Shown here: positions 11,134 through 21,343 of the stretch, piece by piece
How the letters are laid out: every line of letters begins with the position of its first letter
Position numbering within the stretch: the stretch's first letter is position 1
Assembly (NCBI GenBank): GCA_937625935.1
Contig: OW569346.1
Location: 310,001-374,000, forward strand
Direction: 5' to 3'
DNA length: 64,000 bases
Origin: Tetramitus jugosus
Lineage: Eukaryota; Protista; Heterolobosea
Notes under the pieces: model-generated
Told to the model about the DNA's origin: nothing
The model's database searches: none
Seen by the model: only the letters and a program-made list of their open reading frames with translations
Translations under genes and position numbers: made by a program

Positions 11134-12898
11134 ATGCCATTCATCGACGAAGTTTTCCCAGCTGATAGCTCCAGTCTCGTTTATGACCCTCTGGTCGATC
11201 AGCTCCCTGATTTTGCACGAGAAGTTGTCACTTGGAAGAGACCAAGACAACTATGCTCTGCTCCTCAACTGTTTGTCGATAGTGCTCAACCTGGTGATGT
11301 AGTTCAGGGAGCATTAGGAGACTGTATGTAAGCCAAACTCTAAAATGCCCTTTTTATTGCCCCTACTGTAACGATTCACTTTTCGAAAATAGGTTGGTTG
11401 TTGAGTGCTTTTAGTGTGGTGGCCCTCTATCCCGATTTACTCAAGAAGCTCTTTGTTGAGTGTGATGAGAAGAATGGTAGATATGTTGTGAGACTATACA
11501 CTAACAATCAATGGAATGATATCGTGATCGATGATAGAATCCCTTGTAATTCTTCGGGAACTCCAGCTTATGGGAAGAATAGCTTGAAAAATGAGATGTG
11601 GGTTGTCATCCTTGAAAAGGCTGTAGCCAAGTTACTTGGGGGTTACGAGGCTCTTCATGGCGGTTACTTGGAAGAAGGTGTGGCTTACTTGACAGGCGGT
11701 AGACCCGAGAGACTTTATGTGAACAATGTGAAGAAAAAGGAGGGAGCTCAAGTTTGGCGAAAGGATAAGCTCTGGGAGAAACTGGTTCGCTACAATGGCT
11801 CAGATGTTCTGATGGGTAGCTCCATATCAAATGGAAGAGAAGAAGCTGACCAGAAAAGCGGTTTAGTAGCGGGTCACGCATACGGCATCATTGATGTTAG
11901 AGAAACACAAGATAAGAAGTTTAAGATGATTAAGTTGAGAAATCCATGGGTGTGTGATACTTCTTTAACTGTTCTTCTTGGAATTCTATTAACAAAGTGT
12001 TTTAATTCAGGGACAATTCGAATGGAAGGGTAATTGGAGTGACAATTCTCGAAAGTGGACCACGGCTTATCGTAAAGAACTAGGTCAAGAATCGAAAGAT
12101 GATGGTGTATTCTGGATGCAATATGAAGACTTTTGTACCTACTTCGACAAGATTACTTGCTGTAGGCTATTCAACGATAGTATCATGGGTCTAAAGCATG
12201 ACTCCAGTATTATCTTGGATGGAGGAGAAAAGTTATTCTTCCCTGACGCAAAATACTATAGGCAAAAGATTGTTGGACAGTGGACAGGCGACAATGCTGG
12301 TGGAATGGCCACCAAGATGGGCTTCGCAACAAATCCACATTTAAAATTAGTAGTGAAGAAACCAAGTCGAGTGTTCTTGATGATCACAAGACCTCCTCTG
12401 AGCATGGATGCCGATGCTCAATACTATCGAACAGGTATTGGCTTCACTGTTCACCAAGGAATCAACAGTGACTACAAATCCATTCCTTCTGAAAACAGTC
12501 CAAACTCTGTGCTACAGTATCCTGTGTATGGTCGATACAATTCTTTGGAATTGGACCTGGACCCTGAAACCTACGTCATTACTCCAGTGACACTGTTTCC
12601 CAACAGAAGATCCGACTATGTCTTTGAGGCATACTCTGATTGCGATTTTGAATTGTCTCCTTTGGACAATAAGGACACCACGAAACAAGTGCCATCCTCT
12701 GCTCGAAATTCCAGAGCAGCCATCAGACATGAAACTGTCGTTCAACAACAGATGGCTTCTCGTCCCATGATCTCTTCGTTCAACAAGACTCAACCACCAA
12801 CCCAAAGTAGAGCTACTACCAATCCATCAACCCAAACACGCAAAACCAGCCAGTTTACCACAACTTATCAATTTGAGTTTGGTGGAAGAAAACTCTGA
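11134..12898 (+). CDS. Calpain-family cysteine protease (CysPc plus domain III, no EF-hands), 3 exons
   Basis: Introns 11324-11392 and 11950-12010 restore QGALGDCWLLSA (catalytic Cys codon split by intron 1), GHAY and RNPWGQFEWKGNWSD. Domain III begins GQWTGDNAGG..NP. Confidence 0.92.
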
Positions 12899-13020
12899 GG
12901 GAGAGAACTCGCACAGAACGAACTCGCGACGCACTCTATTTTTAGAAAAACGCAGAAAACAAAAAACACTTTCAAGAACAACAAAACGACTTGTTTGCTT
13001 GTATTCTCAACCAACAAAAA

Positions 13021-14245
13021 ATGTCTCAATACAAATCAGCCATCAACGAATTCATCAATGGAGATGAAAACAGCATGGGTTTCGTTTTCAAATCCATCAA
13101 CAACAACAATCAAATCATTATTGGTGACGAAGAAGACGATACTCTTTTTTCAATTATCGTTGTTGAGAGCAGTAGCAACACCAGTGGTAAATTTGTAAGT
13201 AGTAGTAGTAGTCGTAGAACACACGACGAAAAGACTTTTATTTTTTTTTCTGTTTGATATGTATGAATGGTTGAGTGAGAGAGCTAACACACCAAATGTG
13301 TGCTTCTTTTTTCCATGTGGATGATTTTTTTTTCCAATATTGGACGGATTCCAGAAAATTGAGACGAACAATGAACTATTGCAAGATGATTTCAAGACAA
13401 GCATGAACAAGTATTGTTCACAGGGCAGTAAACTCGTAGCTGATGTGTTGTTGAAGGCATCTGATGTGTACACGAGTATCCTGGGTGGTGGAGATGATGA
13501 TGATGATGACAACGATGAGGAAGAAGAAGAGGAAGAAGAGATTGAGATTGATGTCGATGATGCTGATTTGATGATGGATAGTGGTGCGATGAGCAGCAGT
13601 GGCGCAAGTGGCAGCAGCGACTCCAAATCATCGCTCAACAACGGTGCCACTCAGACTGAAATTGAAGAGTTCAAGAAGAGGTTCGGCTCTTCGTCCAACA
13701 GAGGCAAGAGCGAGAGTGCTGTCAACTGTATCATGGCAGAGTACTTTAAATTGAAGAACTCTGATTCGGCAAAGTTTGGATTCTCGGCCGAACCGGTCGG
13801 TGATGACATCTTCACGTGGGAGGTCAGACTGTTCGGATTCGATCCAAAGGAAGACGCCATTGCAAAGGACTTGGTCGAGTACAAGAAGAAGCACGGTTTG
13901 GACTATGTACAGATGGAGATGAAATTTACAGAGAATTTCCCATTGGAACCACCGTTTATTCGTGTCGTGAGACCAAGATTCCAATTTAGAACTGGTCACG
14001 TGACGATTGGTGGCTCCATTTGTATGCAATTGTTGACCAAGTCTGGATGGTCGCCTGTGAACACAATTGAGTCAATCTTTGTTCAGATTCGTTGTGAGAT
14101 TGCCACTGGTGGTGCTCGCTTGGACCTGAGCAACGGAACTGCCTATTCTGAACATGAAGCCAGAGAGGCCTATCACAGAGTGGCTGCACGTTATGGATGG
14201 GATAGAGCTGATGGAGGCAAGGGAGGCAACTTTGAGGACCATTAA
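13021..14245 (+). CDS. UBE2Q-family ubiquitin-conjugating enzyme E2, 2 exons (13021-13194, 13355-14245)
   Basis: FPLEPPFIRVVRP and GHVTIGGSICMQLL (catalytic Cys), acidic linker, in-frame GTAAGT...CAG intron. Confidence 0.88.
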
Positions 14246-14398
14246 TTCCCCATCGGAATTCAAACGCGTGTCCTGTTGTAAAAGTCTAAGTAAAACCTAT
14301 TTCTTTGTCGATAATGAGAACTGCATTATTTTACTTAGTAGTTGTGCTTCATGAGCGTTTCAGAGTTCTTTTGCTCGTCTAAGAATCCATGTGTCTAC

Positions 14399-14914
14399 CT
14401 AAACCTCACTCTTAAATAGAGATCTTCTGGCATAAAACCAAGCAGCAATTGTGACAATTGATTCAAACACAGCAATACCAAGTTCAATCCATGAATAAGG
14501 ATGGAAGAGAACCACAAAAGGGTTGACGTAGAGCGTTGAACCATCATACCACCTGATAACATTGATCATGGTCTTGTAGGTCATCATTCCGGTGAACACA
14601 ACCATCCAGGCGCAATTCCTCTTGTGGAGCCATAGCGAAAACAGTCCCAAACTTGCACAAACCAAGTTTTCAAGGACGGAGATGGATTCTCCATTGAAAA
14701 AGGCGTACAAGGTGGCCACAACGTACAGAATGAGACCCACTTGGAGGGGTTGAGTGAATCGAGCCGTGTTCCCGTTGCTTTCTTTGAAACGAGTGACACT
14801 GAAGAGGGAATTTGAGCTGCAAGTACCTTCAGTAGCAGTTGTTTGCTGTTGGGTGGATGCTTGTGCTGGAGCAATGTCACCAACAACCAGGATCGTAATA
14901 TGATTACCGAAGTT
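14399..14914 (-). pseudogene. Truncated paralog of the adjacent 4-TM/UBA gene (no in-frame ATG, no UBA tail)
   Basis: RFTQPLQVGLILYVVATL..NLVCASLGLF..FTGMMTYKT..FE..TIAAWFYARR aligns with RFIQLFQIGLILYIVATL..NLICAALGLF..FTGLMTYKT..FE..TVAGWAYVRR of 15216-16292. The frame is open back to a TAG near 14915 with no ATG. Confidence 0.6.
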
Positions 14915-15215
14915 CTATTGTTTTCCGGTAGCTCTCTTATCTAATGACCACACACGTGTCCACACTCAGGAAACACGCGTCCAGGTAAGGTAGTTTTTTC
15001 ATTTAATAGGTTCGACCGTTGCTGGACTGGAGAAATGTCCAAGAGCGGTATTCTCCTGTTAGATCTCAACAGTTTGATGGATTTTCATGGATGATGGACC
15101 AGATCAGTCAACAACAGAATCTAATCCAACAAGTCAGGGAGCTGATGAAGAAAATGATCCTTTCTTTTTTAAAAAAAATGAAAAACTTTACAAAACTAAA
15201 TTGTGTTCACACAAT

Positions 15216-16292
15216 TTAAACAGAGATAATCTCTCTGACAGCAGATGAGATGTCACCATTGTGCTTCATGAGCATGTGAGCATTCTTTTGTTCGTCCAAG
15301 AATCCCATGGATCTCAACACTTCCATTTGTGTACCATAAATGAATGGAGTGGAAGGGGCTTGTTGTTGTTGTTGTTGTTGTGGAACAGATGGTTGTTGTT
15401 GTTGTTGCATCATCATCACTGGTGATGATGGAGTGGCTTGTGGATAAACAGAAGGCACATTGATTGGAGAGGAAGAAGCTTGGAGAACTGGTTGTTCAAC
15501 AACGTTCAATCGTTGGAGTTGAGACTCTGGAATCACAACGTGTTCATTCTCTTGTTGAGCATTGTGAATCAAATCAGAGACAGTGGGACCTTCCACAACA
15601 GCAGCAGCAGCAGCAGTTGCATTCTGATGATGAGCACAACCGCGCTTGAAAAATGCTCTTCTGACATAGGCCCAACCAGCAACCGTAGCAACCAACTCAA
15701 ACACAACAACACAAATCACCATCCATGAGAAACGATAATAGTAATATCCATAGTTTGACATGTAAAACAGAGAACCACTAAAGCAACCAACAATATTGGC
15801 CAGAGTCTTGTAAGTCATCAAACCAGTAAACACTGCCATCAACACATCATTCTTCTTGTGAAGAGCAAACAGGCCCAATGCTGCACAAATCAAGTTACCA
15901 AGAGTAAAAGTGGAGCTTCTTCTAAAGAAAAAGGACAACAAGGTGGCAACAATGTACAGAATGAGACCTATTTGGAAGAGTTGAATGAAGCGACACTTTT
16001 GTCCACCATTGTTTCCTCCTCTGAAGAAATTGCGAACAGAGCAAGAGAAACGAGAGAAGGAGCAAGAGTGACGAATAGGAACTTCAGTGTAGAGAGGTTG
16101 TTGAGGTGTAGTAGTTGTAGTTGTAGTAGAGGAGGTGGAGGTTGATTGTGGTTGTGGTGGTTGGAAGAAAGCTTGTTGTTGTTGTTGTTGTTGTGGAGCT
16201 TGATTGCCAATCACAACAGGATAAAAAGCTTGTTGGTGAGGTGCTTGTTGTTGCTGTTGAACAGCGACGTATGGGTGATTGTACATGGACAT
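15216..16292 (-). CDS. Multi-pass membrane protein with poly-Q tracts and C-terminal UBA domain
   Basis: ATG 16292 (MSMYNHPY), about 4 hydrophobic segments, and C-terminal QMEVLRSMGFLDEQKNAHMLMKHNGDISSAVREII (UBA MGF motif). Confidence 0.8.
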   Translation of the reverse strand: MSMYNHPYVAVQQQQQAPHQQAFYPVVIGNQAPQQQQQQQAFFQPPQPQSTSTSSTTTTTTTPQQPLYTEVPIRHSCSFSRFSCSVRNFFRGGNNGGQKCRFIQLFQIGLILYIVATLLSFFFRRSSTFTLGNLICAALGLFALHKKNDVLMAVFTGLMTYKTLANIVGCFSGSLFYMSNYGYYYYRFSWMVICVVVFELVATVAGWAYVRRAFFKRGCAHHQNATAAAAAVVEGPTVSDLIHNAQQENEHVVIPESQLQRLNVVEQPVLQASSSPINVPSVYPQATPSSPVMMMQQQQQPSVPQQQQQQQAPSTPFIYGTQMEVLRSMGFLDEQKNAHMLMKHNGDISSAVREIISV

Positions 16293-16660
16293 GATGTTTT
16301 TTCTGGTTGGTTGATTATTTTTTTTTTCTGTTGTTGTTTGTCTGGAGATGAGTCTGGTGATGGGGCTTTTTTGTCTGGTGGTTGACTGACTGACCACGCG
16401 TTCCTTGCGGATTGTTCGCTTCAATTGAAGAAGGATCTCGTTGCCAAGTGGAAGGGAGATGGGCAAAAAAAAATAACACCGATTTTGGCGGGGAATGCAT
16501 TCCCAATTTTGCGTAAGAGCTTCTTTTGGATATTGTAAAGAAGTGATCCTTAAATACAACTGTGCCACAGTTAATGCCAACTGGTTAGATCACTGAAAGA
16601 CTATCACACAGCAATTTGTCATGATCCATTTGAATTTACAATACGAAAGAGAATCAAACA

Positions 16661-17152
16661 ATGGTTGAGAGAACAGAGAATACCAATCAAGTCTCATTTG
16701 GAGATGACACAATGACCACATTCCAGCACTATCAACCCGTGACAGGGGAGGTCAATCTCGTGAATAGTGGCCAAAATTATTTGAATGTATCACCTTCGAG
16801 TAATCTCAACAGTAATTTGAGCATTGACACAACTCGAAGATGTGATGCAGATATTCACCTTCAAACGAATCATTTGAATGGAGCATCCAGTATCCACAAC
16901 CAAACTCATAACTATGACAATGATACAAAAGAACCTGTTTTTGGCATTCGACCAAAGAGGCATCACCACTTGTTTCATCATTCCCACGGTGAAGACCATC
17001 AACAACACCACGGATTACTCGACAAGTTTCGGAGAAGAAAGATTGAGCGTGACATGTTGAAGAAAGATCAAGAGAATATGGCCTACCCTCCTCCTCCAGC
17101 TGAAATGATCAACAATAATTACATGGGAGGTCAAGTAAACACAATTCAATAA
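16661..17152 (+). CDS. Hypothetical N/H-rich protein
   Basis: 163-aa ATG ORF with a CA-rich leader; AATAAA overlaps the stop. No domain recognised. Confidence 0.55.
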   Translation: MVERTENTNQVSFGDDTMTTFQHYQPVTGEVNLVNSGQNYLNVSPSSNLNSNLSIDTTRRCDADIHLQTNHLNGASSIHNQTHNYDNDTKEPVFGIRPKRHHHLFHHSHGEDHQQHHGLLDKFRRRKIERDMLKKDQENMAYPPPPAEMINNNYMGGQVNTIQ

Positions 17153-17610
17153 AGAAGTACATTTCATGCTTTGCAATTGCTCCGTCTGCACACTTACATA
17201 ACGAAAATAGAAAATCCAGTTTTCCAAGGAGTCAAAATCAGCTTTCCCTTTTACAATTTTTTATAACTCTCAAATTTATCGTAGATGAGAGTAACCACTT
17301 CCCAATTGTATTCTTCAAATTGATCTAATTTGTTTTAGAGATCGGGTATGTTGATTCGTGATTCACTTTAGTCTCAAGGAGAGTTTTGATCCCTGGGACA
17401 TCGTTACTGAGATCACCATTTCGCGAAAAGAGAAGGTTATTTTGATGCTCTCAGATCGGATGCTTGGTGTTAAAAAGTGAAGGGTGTTTTGTCAATTCAA
17501 CATTCTCTCACAACAACACAACAACACAAGTGAATCAATACCTCTATAACAATACTCATTGTATTTGCTCTGTTCAATCGTTAAATCCCAATACTCAAGT
17601 GATCTCTAAA

Positions 17611-18360
17611 ATGAAGTCCATTCTCGCTTTGGCCCTTCTCATGCTCTTTGCAGCATACATTAATTGCCAGACTTGTGGCACTGGACAGTTGCTCTGTGGA
17701 GCTTCTTGCTACTTCCCATCTCAGTACGTTTGTCTCCCTGGGCCTAGATTGTGTCCTATTGGCCATCTTGCTTGCGGAGCTGCTTGCTACTTGCCATCTC
17801 AGTATCATTGTGTCGGTGGTATCTTGCTCCCAGGACCAGCACCTCAAGAAACCATTGTCACTGCCCCTTCACCAGGTGTCCCAGGCTGCCCTCCAGGAAA
17901 CGCCAAATGCGGAACTGTTTGTTACGATCCAATTCTCTATGATTGTTTGGCTGGTAACCACCTTTGTCCAAAGGGTCTCTCTCTTTGTGGAATTGCTTGC
18001 TACTCACCACTTCAATATCATTGTGTGAATGGCGTCTTGCAACCAGGACCAGCACCACAAGTTACTGAATCCATTGTTACTGGAGGAAGTCCATTTACAT
18101 CACCAGCTCCTTGCGGAACCGGTGAAGCACTCTGTGGAGCTCAATGCTATGTCACTGCCAATTACTTCTGTACCACTGGAAACCACTTGTGCCCATGTGG
18201 TGCCAGATGTTTCTGCCCTGGTGATGGTGCTTGCTTCAATCCAACAGTCTACAGTTGCTGTTCCTCAACTGCCTTCCCCACTGGTCACTTGGTTCAGGGA
18301 GCAAACAAGTGTACTACAGCAACTAACAAGGCTGTTTGCACTGGGGTTGGATGTGCATAA
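17611..18360 (+). CDS. Secreted Cys-rich CBM52-like repeat protein, copy 1
   Basis: Signal peptide MKSILALALLMLFAA. Three CG..CY.P..Y.C..LCP..CG.ACY.P..Y.C modules joined by P/T-rich linkers. Confidence 0.8.
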   Translation: MKSILALALLMLFAAYINCQTCGTGQLLCGASCYFPSQYVCLPGPRLCPIGHLACGAACYLPSQYHCVGGILLPGPAPQETIVTAPSPGVPGCPPGNAKCGTVCYDPILYDCLAGNHLCPKGLSLCGIACYSPLQYHCVNGVLQPGPAPQVTESIVTGGSPFTSPAPCGTGEALCGAQCYVTANYFCTTGNHLCPCGARCFCPGDGACFNPTVYSCCSSTAFPTGHLVQGANKCTTATNKAVCTGVGCA

Positions 18361-18921
18361 ATGAAATACACACTTGGATAAGCGATTGATCATGAGAATG
18401 CACATTTAAAGGTGGAGATTTGAAGAAAAATGTCACGTCATTGTATAAATTATTGTAAATATGAACGACGACCACCTCAAGAGAAATCGCATTTCAGTTA
18501 GTGCCCAAATAAAAAAAGGATTTGTTCCGAAAACAATGTCTTAAGAAGATTGGGACGGTAGTTGATTCCCTGTTCTGTTTCTTATTGATCCGTGAGGCCA
18601 TAATATCTTTCTAGTCTAAATTTGAGTTGCTCCATTGATCTCTGTTTCAGCCATCAGGTTTGTTTGTTGATTCGCTGGTTCTCACTTTGGTGTTCTAACC
18701 AAGAGACTTAATCCCTTTTTCAACCTTGATGGACCATCTCAGCATGCTGAGATTCGTTTTGGTTATAACGAATTAGCTATTTTGATGTACGCTGATCTGT
18801 TGCGTCGTGTTAAAAAGCGAATTGTATTTCACAGGCACAAAACATTCTCTCACAGCACAACACAACAAAAGTTCAATACTTCTAAATCAATTCCAATCCC
18901 AATACTCAAGTGATCTCGAAA

Positions 18922-19668
18922 ATGAAGTCCATTCTCGCTTTGGCCCTTCTCATGCTCTTTGCGGCATACATCCAGGCTTGCGGCACTGGAGAACTAGCCT
19001 GTGGAGCTGCTTGTTACAAGCCTTCCCAATATGTTTGTCTCGCAGGAAACAAACTCTGTCCAATTGGCCATCTCGCTTGTGGGACAGCTTGCTACTTGCC
19101 ATCTCAATTCCATTGTGTGAATGGAGTTTTGCAACCAGGACCAGCGCCTCAAGAAACCATTGTAACTGGACCACCACCAGGTGCAAGCGGATGTCCACCA
19201 GGAAATGCAAAATGCGGAACTGTTTGTTACGATCCAATTCTCTATGATTGTTTGGCTGGTAACAAGCTCTGTCCAAAGGGTCTCCTTGCCTGTGGAGTTG
19301 CTTGCTACTCACCACTTCAATATCATTGTGTGAATGGTGGATTGGTACAAGGACCAGCACCACAAGCAACAGAATCCATTGTTACTGCTCCAACTATTTC
19401 AGTGCCTCCAGCCAATCCTTGTGGAACCGGTCAGGCACTCTGTGGAACTCAATGCTATGTCACTGCCAATTACTTCTGTGCCACTGGAAACCACTTGTGC
19501 CCATGTGGTGCCAGATGTTTCTGCCCTGGTGATGGTGCTTGCTTCAATCCAACAGTCTACAGTTGCTGTTCCTCAACTGCCTTCCCCACTGGTCACTTGG
19601 TTCAGGGAGCAAACAAGTGTACTACAGCAACTAACAAGGCTGTTTGCACTGGGGTTGGATGTGCATAA
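18922..19668 (+). CDS. Secreted Cys-rich CBM52-like repeat protein, copy 2
   Basis: Same architecture as copy 1; ATG at 18922. Confidence 0.8.
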   Translation: MKSILALALLMLFAAYIQACGTGELACGAACYKPSQYVCLAGNKLCPIGHLACGTACYLPSQFHCVNGVLQPGPAPQETIVTGPPPGASGCPPGNAKCGTVCYDPILYDCLAGNKLCPKGLLACGVACYSPLQYHCVNGGLVQGPAPQATESIVTAPTISVPPANPCGTGQALCGTQCYVTANYFCATGNHLCPCGARCFCPGDGACFNPTVYSCCSSTAFPTGHLVQGANKCTTATNKAVCTGVGCA

Positions 19669-20367
19669 ATGAAATACACACTTGGATATGCAATTGATAA
19701 TGCACATTCAAAGGTGGAGGTTTGAAGAAGTGTGGTGAGTCATTGTATAAATGTTGTAAATAAGGAAAAAGACAAACTTAATAGAGTCGCTGATTCATCC
19801 TAAAGAAATGCCCCAATAAATAAGGAATTGTTCCTAACTGGTGATACAACTATTATACTTCTTCGATCGAGCAAAGATGCTAAAAACTTGAGTCGGATCT
19901 GGCATAGTCGTGTGATTATGAAAAACAAGAAAACTGAGCAAGACACACATCACCAAGGGAAGTAAGCCGTTGAACAACATCTACGGACAGCAAGTGGCGT
20001 TACCATTTTGAGTGGCATCGCTTTACAGCCAATATCTTGGTCTAAATTTGAGTTGTTCGAGGTTCGTTTCAGCATTTCGTTGATCTATGTTTCAGCCATC
20101 AAGTTGATTCCGTATTGCTCACTTTGGTGTTTCTGCAGGAGTTTTTATCCCTTAAACAACATTGATGGCACATCTCGGTTGTTTTGAGATTCCTTTTCAT
20201 TACAAAAATAGGCCAATATTGATGTGCACTGATCTTTTGCGTCATGTTAAAAAGCGAATGATATTTCACAAGTTCAATACTTTTTCACACCAATAATACC
20301 AACAAGTTCAATACCTTGAAAAAAATACCAATTGTCCAAAGCTATACCAATACTCAAGATCTCTAAA

Positions 20368-21114
20368 ATGAAGTCCATTCTCGCTTTGGCCCTTCTCATG
20401 CTCTTTGCAGCATACATTAATTGCCAGACTTGTGGCACTGGACAGTTGCTCTGTGGAGCTTCTTGCTACTTCCCATCTCAGTATGTTTGTCTTGCAGGAA
20501 ACAGGCTCTGTCCGATTGGTCATCTTGCTTGCGGAGCTGCTTGCTACTTGCCATCTCAATTCCATTGTGTGAATGGAGTTTTGCAACCAGGACCAGCGCC
20601 TCAAGAAACCATTGTAACTGGACCACCACCAGGTGCAAGCGGATGTCCACCAGGAAATGCAAAATGCGGAACTGTCTGCTATGATCCAATTCTATTTGAT
20701 TGCTTGGCTGGCAACAAGCTCTGTCCAAAGGGTCTCCTTGCCTGTGGAGTTGCTTGCTACTCACCACTTCAATTCCATTGTGTGAATGGAGTCTTGCAAC
20801 CAGGACCAGCTCCAGAAGAAACCATTGTTACTGCTCCAACTATTTCAGTGCCTCCAGCCAATCCTTGTGGAACCGGTCAGGCACTCTGTGGAACTCAATG
20901 CTACACCACTACCCAGTTCTTCTGTACCACCGGAAACCACTTGTGCCCATGTGGTGCCAGATGTTTCTGCCCTGGTGATGGTGCTTGCTTCAATCCAACA
21001 GTCTACAGTTGCTGTTCCTCAACTGCCTTCCCCACTGGTCACTTGGTTCAGGGAGCAAACAAGTGTACAACAACCACAAACAGGGGTGTCTGCACCGGAG
21101 TTGGATGCGCTTGA
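20368..21114 (+). CDS. Secreted Cys-rich CBM52-like repeat protein, copy 3
   Basis: Same architecture as copy 1; ATG at 20368. Confidence 0.8.
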   Translation: MKSILALALLMLFAAYINCQTCGTGQLLCGASCYFPSQYVCLAGNRLCPIGHLACGAACYLPSQFHCVNGVLQPGPAPQETIVTGPPPGASGCPPGNAKCGTVCYDPILFDCLAGNKLCPKGLLACGVACYSPLQFHCVNGVLQPGPAPEETIVTAPTISVPPANPCGTGQALCGTQCYTTTQFFCTTGNHLCPCGARCFCPGDGACFNPTVYSCCSSTAFPTGHLVQGANKCTTTTNRGVCTGVGCA

Positions 21115-21343
21115 GTAAATGATGTCATGAAAATCACATCTCAAGGCGAGGAAAACTGGTGCGCCATTGTATAAATTGTAAATATGAACAAAGACAAATG
21201 TTTGAGGTGTTCGATCATCCAAGAATTGATTGCCCAATAAAAAAGGATTTGCTCCCAATACTGATACGTATCGTTGCTTCTATTATGTATGAAAAGCAGC
21301 ACCCTTTGCTCAAATTCGAACAAGTAGTTTAATTGTTCGTTCT

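Larger units (their letters stand above)
17320..21260 (+). repeat. Tandem triplication (~1.3-1.45 kb units) of a secreted Cys-rich gene including promoter and 3' flank
   Basis: Shared upstream motifs (TTGATG..GATC..GTTAAAAAG), near-identical CDS blocks and shared 3' motifs (ATTGTATAAAT, CCCAA(A)TAAA..AGGA.TTG). Confidence 0.9.

Noticed and set aside
16293-16580. N-terminal extensions in the ORF track (also 17464, 23056, 29893, 40560, 52300)
   Set aside because: Upstream or non-ATG starts running through CA-rich leaders and promoters. Downstream ATGs fit signal peptides or homology better.
17648-21118. Repeated alternative-frame ORFs in the Cys-rich trio
   Set aside because: By-products of the duplicated main frame; no independent coding features.
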